Source: an uncultured Haloferula sp. | Lineage (GTDB): Bacteria; Verrucomicrobiota; Verrucomicrobiia; Verrucomicrobiales; Akkermansiaceae | Direction: 5' to 3' | DNA length: 64,000 bases | Assembly: GCA_965652295.1 (NCBI GenBank) | Contig: CBFGTS010000001.1 | Location: 192,001-256,000, forward strand | Shown: in pieces, positions 49,394 to 57,854 of the stretch | Layout: every line of letters starts with the position of its first letter | How positions within the stretch are numbered: position 1 is the stretch's first letter | Notes under the pieces: generated by a model | Databases searched by the model: none | Seen by the model: the letters and a program-made list of their open reading frames with translations, nothing else | What the model was told of the DNA's origin: nothing | Translations under genes and position numbers: made by a program

Positions 49394-50899
49394 TCACCGT
49401 GCTCCCGAGGGAAATGGCTGGGGTGAGGAGGTGGGGCCGTGGATCTGGATGACGTCCGGGCCTCCATCGGGATCCGGGACGAAGCGCACGCGGTCGATGG
49501 CGAGATGGCGCGGGTTTGTCCGGGTGGAGCTGTGGTGGCGGTGATAAACGATGAAGGTTTCCCTGCCATCAGGCGAAGGGGTGAAACAATGGTGGGCGGT
49601 TCCGCGGGCATAGGCGGTGGATTTCATCACCGGGTTGAATTCATGCTTTTTCCACGGGCCCAGAGGGCTGTTGGAGGTGGCGTAGCCCACGGCATACTCC
49701 GGGGCTTTGAAGTGACTGCCTGAATAGGTCAAATAGTAGGTGCCCTTGTGCTTGAGCATCTCCGGTCCTTCGGTGACGGCTCCTTGGTGAAGTTCCCACT
49801 CCTGATCGGGCTTCATCATCCGCCGCAGGGTGGAGGGATCGACGGTGACCATGTCGTCGTTCAGTTTGCCGCCCCAGATCTCGTTCCCCTCGCCGAAGCT
49901 GACGTAGTAGAAATAGCGCTGGCCGTCGTCGTCTTCGAACACATGGCCATCGATCCGGATCTCGGCTGGCTCCATCGGTGCGTGATCCTCCTGGCGGAAG
50001 GGTCCGTTCGGCGACTTGGCAGTGGCGACGCACATGCGTTCCTCGGAGGCGTAGTAGAGATAAAACATCCCGTTCCTTTCCACGATATCCGGTGCCCAGA
50101 AACCGTGGTCGCCCCAGCTGTCCTGATCCTTCAGAACGAATCCCTCGTCCTTCCACTCGACGAGGTTCTTCGACGTGTGGAGCCGGATGCCCTGCGTCTT
50201 GCCGCGGGTGGGAGCGGTGTGGGTCGTATAGGCGTAGTACTTCCCGCGGTGGTGAAGCACGACGGGGTCCGCACAGCCCGGTTGGACGGGATTGGTGTAG
50301 GTCCGCAAGCTTGGATCGGGCCGGTAGGGGGAGATCTTCAAGTTGCGGAAGGACGCGGCACCGTTCAGGGCGTGGAGGGCCACCGTTCCCTTGGCGAAGG
50401 CGGTATCAAAACCGTCGAAGACCGGCCAACTCCTGGCGGTGATACCTTCGTTCTCCACGAAAATGCGAATGTGTCCTCCCGAGGCCTGAATGCGCAGGTG
50501 CTGCCATTCATCGACTCCGACAGGAACCGGCCGCCGGGCGATGATGCGCCATGTCGGATCGGTCGCAGCCCAGGTGACGGCATTCGTTCCGGCGGTCACG
50601 CCGACATAGTAGCCTTCGGATGAGTTGTCGCGGGCACGGAAGACCACACCCACCTCGGTGCCGGATGCCTCCGGCCGGACCTCGACGTCCAGCTCGAAGT
50701 CGTCCGCTTCCAGCCCCCTGAGCACCGCCGTGGCTGTGGAGCTCGGACGCGCGGTGAGGATGCCGTTCTCGGCCGACCATTCACCGCCCGACATCGTCCA
50801 GCGATGCGGCAATGGGTTGCTCAAAGGATCCGTGAACTCCACCGCGGCGGCGGAAAGGGAAGCGAAGACGGGAAACAGGCAGGCGAGGCGGCGGATCAT
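49394..50899 (-). CDS. GH43 glycoside hydrolase with N-terminal DUF1080-like beta-sandwich
   Basis: ADPVV, WAPDI, IDGH, TEGP; signal peptide. Confidence 0.88.
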   Translation of the reverse strand: MIRRLACLFPVFASLSAAAVEFTDPLSNPLPHRWTMSGGEWSAENGILTARPSSTATAVLRGLEADDFELDVEVRPEASGTEVGVVFRARDNSSEGYYVGVTAGTNAVTWAATDPTWRIIARRPVPVGVDEWQHLRIQASGGHIRIFVENEGITARSWPVFDGFDTAFAKGTVALHALNGAASFRNLKISPYRPDPSLRTYTNPVQPGCADPVVLHHRGKYYAYTTHTAPTRGKTQGIRLHTSKNLVEWKDEGFVLKDQDSWGDHGFWAPDIVERNGMFYLYYASEERMCVATAKSPNGPFRQEDHAPMEPAEIRIDGHVFEDDDGQRYFYYVSFGEGNEIWGGKLNDDMVTVDPSTLRRMMKPDQEWELHQGAVTEGPEMLKHKGTYYLTYSGSHFKAPEYAVGYATSNSPLGPWKKHEFNPVMKSTAYARGTAHHCFTPSPDGRETFIVYHRHHSSTRTNPRHLAIDRVRFVPDPDGGPDVIQIHGPTSSPQPFPSGAR

Positions 50900-51089
50900 C
50901 GGGATGAAGAGCTGCCTTTCATAACGTGATGACCGGGGCCGGGCTTTCGCCCGCGAAGTGCCGTCGGAGAGGTTCGTGCAGAATGCGCGGCCGTGACGCG
51001 GCCACGCAACGGACGAGGCACACGAACGACGAGGATCTCCGGTCTCAGGAAAACCGGGCGTTGGCATGAGGGCTGGTAGGGCGATAGGG

Positions 51090-52085
51090 ATGACCATTTC
51101 GAAACACTCGACGCCGGACACCGGCCTCGGTGCCGCCACGCCGCGGCGGATCCCGGTCCGGGGTTGGCTGTCGATCGGAAAGCGGGTCTACGGACAGATC
51201 GGCCAGGATCATGTGCAGATCGTCGCTGCCGGAGTCGCCTTCTATTTTTTCCTGAGCCTGTTTCCCGCGATTGCGGCGGTCCTTTCCATCTACGGCCTGA
51301 TCACGGCACCTGCGGAAGCCGCCGCCCAGATGCAGCAGCTTGAGCCGCTGTTGCCGGAGCAGGCTTATACCCTGATCTCCGACTTCGCCGGGGGCCTGGC
51401 CGGAAATGAAAGCGGCAGCCTGGGATGGGGGGTGACCGTGAGCATTCTGCTGAGCCTGTGGAGCACCAACAAGGGCACCGCCGCGCTCTTCACCGGGTTG
51501 AACATCGCCTACGACGAAAAGGAAGCCCGGCCGTTCCTGCGGCGCAAGTTGCTGACGCTGGGCGTCACCTTGGGGGCGATTCTCGCCGGCACGCTGCTGC
51601 TTTCCGCCATCGCCGTGCTGCCCGCGTTGAGGAACATGCTGGTTTTGCCTGGATGGCTCGATGCCGGGGTCGGCTGGCTGCGCTGGCCGTTCTTTGCCGC
51701 GGTCGCGCTTTTCGGCTTGGGTTTTCTGTACAAGGTCGCACCGCACCGGACGAATCCCGAGTGGCGCTGGATCACCCCGGGATCGCTGGTGGCCACGGGG
51801 CTCTGGCTTCTGGGCTCGGTCGGCTTTGCCTGGTACATCGAGAGCTTCGGGGACATGTCGAAAACCTACGGCAGCGTGGCGGCGATCGCCGTCTTGATGC
51901 TGTGGTTTTTCATCACGGCCTTCGCGATCCTCATCGGGGCGGAAATCAATGGTGAATCCGAGCATCAGACCGCGCTGGATTCCACCGTGCCCCCCGAAAA
52001 ACCCCTCGGTGAACGAGGTGCCTACTACGCCGATCACGTCGCGGGTGATGAAGAAAACGCGGAGGAATTTTCGGAGAAGGGATGA
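51090..52085 (+). CDS. YihY/BrkB family membrane protein
   Basis: AAGVAFYFFLSLFP, LNIAY, TYGS, GAEIN. Confidence 0.92.
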   Translation: MTISKHSTPDTGLGAATPRRIPVRGWLSIGKRVYGQIGQDHVQIVAAGVAFYFFLSLFPAIAAVLSIYGLITAPAEAAAQMQQLEPLLPEQAYTLISDFAGGLAGNESGSLGWGVTVSILLSLWSTNKGTAALFTGLNIAYDEKEARPFLRRKLLTLGVTLGAILAGTLLLSAIAVLPALRNMLVLPGWLDAGVGWLRWPFFAAVALFGLGFLYKVAPHRTNPEWRWITPGSLVATGLWLLGSVGFAWYIESFGDMSKTYGSVAAIAVLMLWFFITAFAILIGAEINGESEHQTALDSTVPPEKPLGERGAYYADHVAGDEENAEEFSEKG

Positions 52086-52213
52086 AAGATATGGCGTCGG
52101 CGGTGGCAAGAAAACCCATGGGAATCCTTTCCCGTCGGTAGAACTTAAAATGGCCGTGGTTTTTACCTTGGCATGCCGGGGATCAGATGGTCTGCGTGCA
52201 GGTCCTCCTCCTC

Positions 52214-55200
52214 ATGTCTGGCCTCAATTTGTCGGCTGGTTCAGCCTCTCTTCCTGATTGCCTCCGCGCCTTCGCGCCGGCTCGCATCCGGGTGCTTTTC
52301 GCCATCGCGGGTTTCGTCTCAAGTGCTGCGCTACCCGCGTCGGCAGCCCCCGTGCTGATCCACCGCTACAGCTTCGATACACCCGGTGCGGCGGAGGATA
52401 CCGCCACGGGCGGCACGCGGGGCGGCGCACCGGAGCTGCTTCACGGCACTCTGGTGGGAACTGCGACGGTCAGCGGAGGATCGCTGCGGACAAATGGGGA
52501 GGCGAATGGAAAGGCCTATGTCGCCTTACCGGCCGGGGTCACCGCCACGCTCAACGGCTCGTTCACCATCCAGCAATTTGCCACGCCGGAGTTTTCCGCA
52601 GGCTTTTATCAGACCCTCTCCGCTTTCACCAAGCCGGGCGACGACAATCATGATGGCAGCCGGGAAAACCTGCTCATTTCCCAACCCGTGCGCAATCAGG
52701 GCGGCAGTCCTTCCGCCTTCGGCTATCGGCAGGAAGGAGTGAATGGCGGCAATGAATGGCTGCTCACCGGCAGCCCGGGGGACACGGGCGGCACGATGCA
52801 CACGTTCACGACCACCTTCGATGCGGAGGCAGGCACGGCGCGGTATTACCGGGACGGCGTGCTCGTGGCCACCAGCGCGACCGGCGCGCTCGCGGGCTTT
52901 GATCTCTCGCAGCTCACCCAGATCGGTATCAACGGCCGCGCTCCGTGGAACGATCCGAGCCTCTCGGGCTCCACCCAGGAATTCCGCATCTACCGGGGTC
53001 TGCTCACGCCCCAGCAGGTGGCCGCGACCGTGGCAAACCCGGACCTCACCTCCGCGGAATTCGAGGCTGCCGGCATTGATGTCCCCGGCGGAGCGCCCGC
53101 GCTCGTGGATCGCACCGTCGTACAGTCGAGCCGTTGGCATCCTTCGCAAATCCTGGCCTGGTCTCCCGCGACCGACCCGCTCGCGCCCTACAACCGCAGT
53201 GTTGTCCCGTTGGCGGAACGTTTCACCGCACCGAAGGCTTCGGACAACCCCGCGCTCAACGCGCTCTGGAACGTGAACCCGCACGCGCGCCCGGAAGAGG
53301 CCCGCGTTCAGGCCGTCACGACGTTCAACACCATCCCCGCCGGCATGCCCAACGGCTTCCGCACCACCCGGCTTTATGCGCCGAGCATGTGGCAGTATCT
53401 CGACAGCATGGCCTTCTGGGGCAGCTCGGACCGCGACGACCGGGTCATCATGTGCCCGACCGCGCACACCATCGATGCCGCGCACCGCAACGGCGTCCGC
53501 ATCTACGGCAAGATCTTCTTCCACTGGAATGCCTCGCCGGACGATGTGGCGCTGCGTCGCATCCGCGATCTCATCCAGAAGGACGGCGACACCTTCCCTG
53601 TGGCCGACAAGTTGATCGAAGCGGCGCTCTATTACGGGTTCGATGGCTGGTTCCTCAATCAGGAGAACTATCAAACGAACTCGGCTGACGCGCAGGGAAT
53701 CCGCGACTTCATGGCCTATTTCCGGGCTAGGTCCGAGGACATGGGTGCCTCTCACCTCAAGATGGAGTGGTACGACGCGATGGCGGAAAACGGAAACCGC
53801 TCCTTCCAGAACGCGCTGACGAACAGCAACGACGGCTTCATGAAGTCCGGGACGAATGTCACCGATACGGGCAGCACGCTGGCGGCCCATGAGATGTTCC
53901 TCAACTTCTGGTGGTACTACAACAGCTCCAACCTATCCAATTCCCGCGCGCTCGCCCTTTCCCGCGGCATCGATCCCTATGATCTCTTCGCCGGCATCTG
54001 GACGGAGAACTATCGGAACTATGGCAAAACGCCGGATCCGAACAGCGCGGGGAATCTCGACATCACCTGGAGCCATCTTTTCCCGGAAGGCGCTCCGCAC
54101 AACACCTCCGTCGGTCTCTTCGCCGCGGAAACCCCCTGGTTCAAGGCACCTTTCCCGGCGGGAGGCGTGGCGCAGGATCAAATCTACTGGTCTGGTCCCA
54201 ACAGCGATCCGACCGATACCGTGCCGGCCGCTGGATCGCCCACGCCGAACTGGTACGGCCTGGCCCACTACATTCCGGCGAATTCGGTGATCACCCGGCT
54301 GCCGTTCGTCACGAACTTCAATGTGGGACAGGGATCTTTCTACAAGATCGACGGCACCACGGTCATGACCGGTCCGTGGACCAATCTCGGAGTGCAGGAC
54401 ATCCTCCCGACCTGGCGATGGATCGTCACCAGCACGGGTGCCGAGACGCTGACTCCTTCGCTCGATTTCACGGAATCCTATTACGGCGGCAGCTCGCTCA
54501 AGGTCACGGGTTCGCTGCAAGCGGGCGTCGCTCAGGAGATCAAACTCTATCAGACCCGCCTGCCAATCACCTCCGAAACCTCGCTGAAGCTGATTTACAA
54601 ACCGGGAGCGGTGGACAATTCCCGGATCCAGGTGGGGTTCGCATTCGAGGACGCACCGGGAACGATGGTTTACTCCAATGCGGCACGGGCGTTGACCACC
54701 TCAGGCTGGAGTTCGCTCACGGTTCCGATGAGCGCCTACGCGGGTCGCAGTCTGGCGCTGATCACGTTGCGTTTTTCCAGCCCGACGACTCTCGGCAGCT
54801 ATACGACAGCCATCGGCCGCATCCAGGTTTCCGACGGTCCGATGGTCGCGCCCCAGGCTCCGTCCGCGCTGGTGTTGGAAGGAACGATGCCCAATCCCGA
54901 CGAAGCCTTCTCGACCACCTTGCGGCTGAAGTGGGCCGCCTCGCCATCACCGGTGCTCTACTACAACATCTATCATCGCCGGGACGATGCCGCCGAGTCG
55001 CCGCGGGTGTGGTTGGGCGCAACGGCCAACGATCACTTCGTGGCGCAGGACGTCCGCCGTTTCGGAACGGAAGCTGCGGGTTTCATCGATGTCGAGGCGG
55101 TGGGCCCGGATCATGGGACCTCGGCACCGGCGACCACGCCCGGAGCGACCTTCGAGTTCGAACCCTATCCGAACCTCCATCGGCCCTTGATTCCGTCCTA

Positions 55201-56917
55201 TCCGGTCTCCGCGCCGATCACGGTCATCGGCAGCGGGACGAACCCCGCGAACATGACCCGCGCCTTCGACAACAACACCGCCAATTTCACCGAGCCCGGT
55301 GGAGCGGACAACGCCTGGGTGGGGATCGATCTGGGGGCCGGAAATGCGGCGAAGGTGACCGCCGTGCGTTTCTTTCCACGGGCGAACGAGGCCAACCGGA
55401 TGCTCTACGGAAGGTTCCAGGGATCGAACACCGCGGACTTCAGCTCCGGCGTCGTGGAGTTGGTCAGAGTGGAAACCCGTCCTCTTGGAGGCGTCTACAC
55501 CACGCTCACGGTTTCCGATCCGGGAACTTTCCGCTACCTGCGCTACCTTTCGCCGAACGGCGGCTGGGCGAACGTGGCTGAGATCAAGTTTTACGGAGAT
55601 GGCGATCCGCTTCCCGCGCAGCCTCCGCTCTCGCTCCAAGCCACGGTTTCCGGCTCCACGGCGAACCTCAACTGGCTGCCCGCGCTCTCCGGGATGACCA
55701 ACGGCTACCATGTGCTGCGCTCGACGGTGAACGGGGGTGACTACACGACGGTCGCATCCGGGGTGAACGCGACAAGTTGGCAGGACTCCGGACTGCAACC
55801 CGGGACGATCTACTACTACCGGGTGGTTGCGGAAAACGAGCTTGGTACCAGCGAGGCGTCGAGCCGCCTCGTCGTTTCCCCGCCCGCTTCGCGCAAGCTC
55901 GGCGGTTCGGTGATCGGCACCAACGGCTCCTGGAACAACCTCGGCGACGACAAATTCAAAGTCTTCGACGGAAATCCCGGCACCTTTTTCGACGCGGTGG
56001 AGGGAGATGGAGCCTGGGCCGGTCTGGATCTCGGCAGCCCGAAAAAAATCACTTCGATTCGCTACAGCCCTCGCAATGCCGACAACTGGTTGGCCCGAAT
56101 GGTGGGCGGCGTGTTCCAGGCTGCGGACAATCCGGCGTTTACCAATCCGGTGACGCTCTTCGTGGTGCCCTCGATTCCGGTGATTCACACCTACACCATC
56201 GCGTCCGTGGAAGACGTGCCCAGCTACCGATACGTGCGGTATCTCTCGCCGTCGGGAGCCCATTGCAACATATCGGAGGCGGAATTCTACGGAGTCACGG
56301 TCCCGACGGCACCCTCTGCGGTGGCGATTTCCCCTCAACCCGCCAGTGCCGAGCTGGAATGGATTTCCGTTGCCACGGCGGTTCAGTACCGGGTGAAGCG
56401 CGCGACGACCATCGGCGGTCCCTATCAGCTGGTGGGCGAAACGCTCGGCACCCGCTCTTACGACGATCAGGGACTGGATCCCTACACGACGTACTACTAT
56501 GTGGTGAGTGCGGTCAATGAAGCCGGGGAAAGCCCGCCCTCAAGCGAGGTCGTGAAACAGGATGCCTACGGTGCCTGGCTCATCGCCGCGGGCGGAACCT
56601 TGGAGGGTCCGGGCAGTGGATTCGATGAAAAGCTCGACGGCACGGGACCTGCGAACGGAGCTCGCTACATGATGCCGGATGGCGTGGAAGTCCGTGCCGC
56701 CGCGGCCTCCCGCGAGGTCGGTGGAGTCGTCCGGAATGATCCAAACGTGACCGTTTCGCTGTGGCGGTCCGACGATCTTACTGGGTGGGCGGAGGTGCCT
56801 TTCGTGGATTCCTCCGACCAAAGCAACGTGGACGAAGGCTTCCGCCGGGTGGGGGCGGTGATCGAGGGGCCCTTCGACGGGCAGCCGGTGTTCTACCGCT
56901 TCGAGTTCATCCGTTGA
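52214..56917 (+). CDS. GH85 endo-beta-N-acetylglucosaminidase, multidomain (LamG-like, GH85, FN3, two F5/8-like)
   Basis: IDAAHRNGV, YYGFDGWFLNQE (NxE), WYDAM, FLNFWW, QDILPTWRW; start uncertain. Confidence 0.9.
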   Translation: MSGLNLSAGSASLPDCLRAFAPARIRVLFAIAGFVSSAALPASAAPVLIHRYSFDTPGAAEDTATGGTRGGAPELLHGTLVGTATVSGGSLRTNGEANGKAYVALPAGVTATLNGSFTIQQFATPEFSAGFYQTLSAFTKPGDDNHDGSRENLLISQPVRNQGGSPSAFGYRQEGVNGGNEWLLTGSPGDTGGTMHTFTTTFDAEAGTARYYRDGVLVATSATGALAGFDLSQLTQIGINGRAPWNDPSLSGSTQEFRIYRGLLTPQQVAATVANPDLTSAEFEAAGIDVPGGAPALVDRTVVQSSRWHPSQILAWSPATDPLAPYNRSVVPLAERFTAPKASDNPALNALWNVNPHARPEEARVQAVTTFNTIPAGMPNGFRTTRLYAPSMWQYLDSMAFWGSSDRDDRVIMCPTAHTIDAAHRNGVRIYGKIFFHWNASPDDVALRRIRDLIQKDGDTFPVADKLIEAALYYGFDGWFLNQENYQTNSADAQGIRDFMAYFRARSEDMGASHLKMEWYDAMAENGNRSFQNALTNSNDGFMKSGTNVTDTGSTLAAHEMFLNFWWYYNSSNLSNSRALALSRGIDPYDLFAGIWTENYRNYGKTPDPNSAGNLDITWSHLFPEGAPHNTSVGLFAAETPWFKAPFPAGGVAQDQIYWSGPNSDPTDTVPAAGSPTPNWYGLAHYIPANSVITRLPFVTNFNVGQGSFYKIDGTTVMTGPWTNLGVQDILPTWRWIVTSTGAETLTPSLDFTESYYGGSSLKVTGSLQAGVAQEIKLYQTRLPITSETSLKLIYKPGAVDNSRIQVGFAFEDAPGTMVYSNAARALTTSGWSSLTVPMSAYAGRSLALITLRFSSPTTLGSYTTAIGRIQVSDGPMVAPQAPSALVLEGTMPNPDEAFSTTLRLKWAASPSPVLYYNIYHRRDDAAESPRVWLGATANDHFVAQDVRRFGTEAAGFIDVEAVGPDHGTSAPATTPGATFEFEPYPNLHRPLIPSYPVSAPITVIGSGTNPANMTRAFDNNTANFTEPGGADNAWVGIDLGAGNAAKVTAVRFFPRANEANRMLYGRFQGSNTADFSSGVVELVRVETRPLGGVYTTLTVSDPGTFRYLRYLSPNGGWANVAEIKFYGDGDPLPAQPPLSLQATVSGSTANLNWLPALSGMTNGYHVLRSTVNGGDYTTVASGVNATSWQDSGLQPGTIYYYRVVAENELGTSEASSRLVVSPPASRKLGGSVIGTNGSWNNLGDDKFKVFDGNPGTFFDAVEGDGAWAGLDLGSPKKITSIRYSPRNADNWLARMVGGVFQAADNPAFTNPVTLFVVPSIPVIHTYTIASVEDVPSYRYVRYLSPSGAHCNISEAEFYGVTVPTAPSAVAISPQPASAELEWISVATAVQYRVKRATTIGGPYQLVGETLGTRSYDDQGLDPYTTYYYVVSAVNEAGESPPSSEVVKQDAYGAWLIAAGGTLEGPGSGFDEKLDGTGPANGARYMMPDGVEVRAAAASREVGGVVRNDPNVTVSLWRSDDLTGWAEVPFVDSSDQSNVDEGFRRVGAVIEGPFDGQPVFYRFEFIR

Positions 56918-56966
56918 TCATTTACTGGCCTCGGCCTGCACCCGGTGGATAGTTGATTTAAAAAGA

Positions 56967-56980
56967 TGTTCGAAAGAACA
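56967..56980. promoter_or_regulatory. Putative LexA (SOS) box
   Basis: TGTTC-GAAA-GAACA, matching the TGTTC-N4-GAACA motif I recall being described for Verrucomicrobia; in an AT-rich intergenic region. Confidence 0.65.
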
Positions 56981-57074
56981 CCTTTTTGTCTTGATGTCCG
57001 GAATGGTCGTGATAGAAGCATCATCCGTGGACCGTGAATCGCGGCCCCCATCCCAGCAACAGCCTGACATCATC

Positions 57075-57593
57075 ATGAAAGCCGATAGCGCCACCCTGCC
57101 CGAAACCGATGCCCGCGCCGATGCTCCACACGAGGGGTCCCGCGATGCAGCCAATGCAGCCTATCTGAACCGCCTGCCGCAGCATGCGATTTACAAGCCG
57201 AACTCGCGTGGGAGTGGCGGCGTCGTCCGCTTCGAGCTGAACCTTTTCAAGAATTCCGTTTTCGTCGATGCGGCGCCGCAGGTCGGCGAGCGCCAGTTCG
57301 ATTGGGACGCGAAGCTGACGATGAAATGGGGCATTCCCGATCTCGGAGCCGCGCTTGCCGTGCTGCAAGGTCGTCAGCCGGCAGCGAACCTCTTCCACCG
57401 TTCCGAGCACTCGAACAGCGCCTGCGAACTCGTCGCCCGGGCCGATGCCGAGCGCGCGCCGTATCTGCTGAGCCTGTCGCGGCAGGAGGAGGACAAGTCG
57501 GTGAAGAAGGTGACGATCCCCTTGACTCACGCCGAGGCCGCCGTGCTGGAAACCGTGCTCCACCGCGCCGTGGAACGGCTGGTGGGGTGGTGA
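57075..57593 (+). CDS. Whirly-like putative ssDNA-binding protein
   Basis: AIYK, APQVGERQFDWDAK, DLG, LFH, IPLTHAEAAVL, terminal LVGW, in the same order as plant Whirly motifs (compared from memory). Confidence 0.7.
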   Translation: MKADSATLPETDARADAPHEGSRDAANAAYLNRLPQHAIYKPNSRGSGGVVRFELNLFKNSVFVDAAPQVGERQFDWDAKLTMKWGIPDLGAALAVLQGRQPAANLFHRSEHSNSACELVARADAERAPYLLSLSRQEEDKSVKKVTIPLTHAEAAVLETVLHRAVERLVGW

Positions 57594-57854
57594 CGCTTCT
57601 GCGTCATGCACCTCCCTCGCAGCTGTTGGCGTGGCGGCGGATTGCATCCGCCATGCCGCACTGATCGATGGAGGCGCTGCGGGGAAGGCGTCTGCTCAGG
57701 ATCGGGTTTCGGCGACTAAATCCGTCGCGACCGCCCGAACTCCGAGACCGCCCTTGTCGAACAGCTTTGGTGCATCGGCGGGACGATGTCGGTGAGTGGC
57801 TCGGGGCACAACGAAACCGTTGCACAACGAAGTTGTTGTTGAGCCCTCTCTTTC

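Noticed and set aside
56961..56990. Reading the TGTTC-GAAA-GAACA palindrome solely as the GH85 terminator
   Set aside because: Core stem is only 5 bp and AT-rich with a flanking mismatch, so a LexA box fits better; a dual role is not excluded
57594..57854. 260-bp gap between the Whirly-like gene and leuS as an ncRNA or small gene
   Set aside because: Only a weak hairpin and unconvincing short ORFs; no recognisable RNA family
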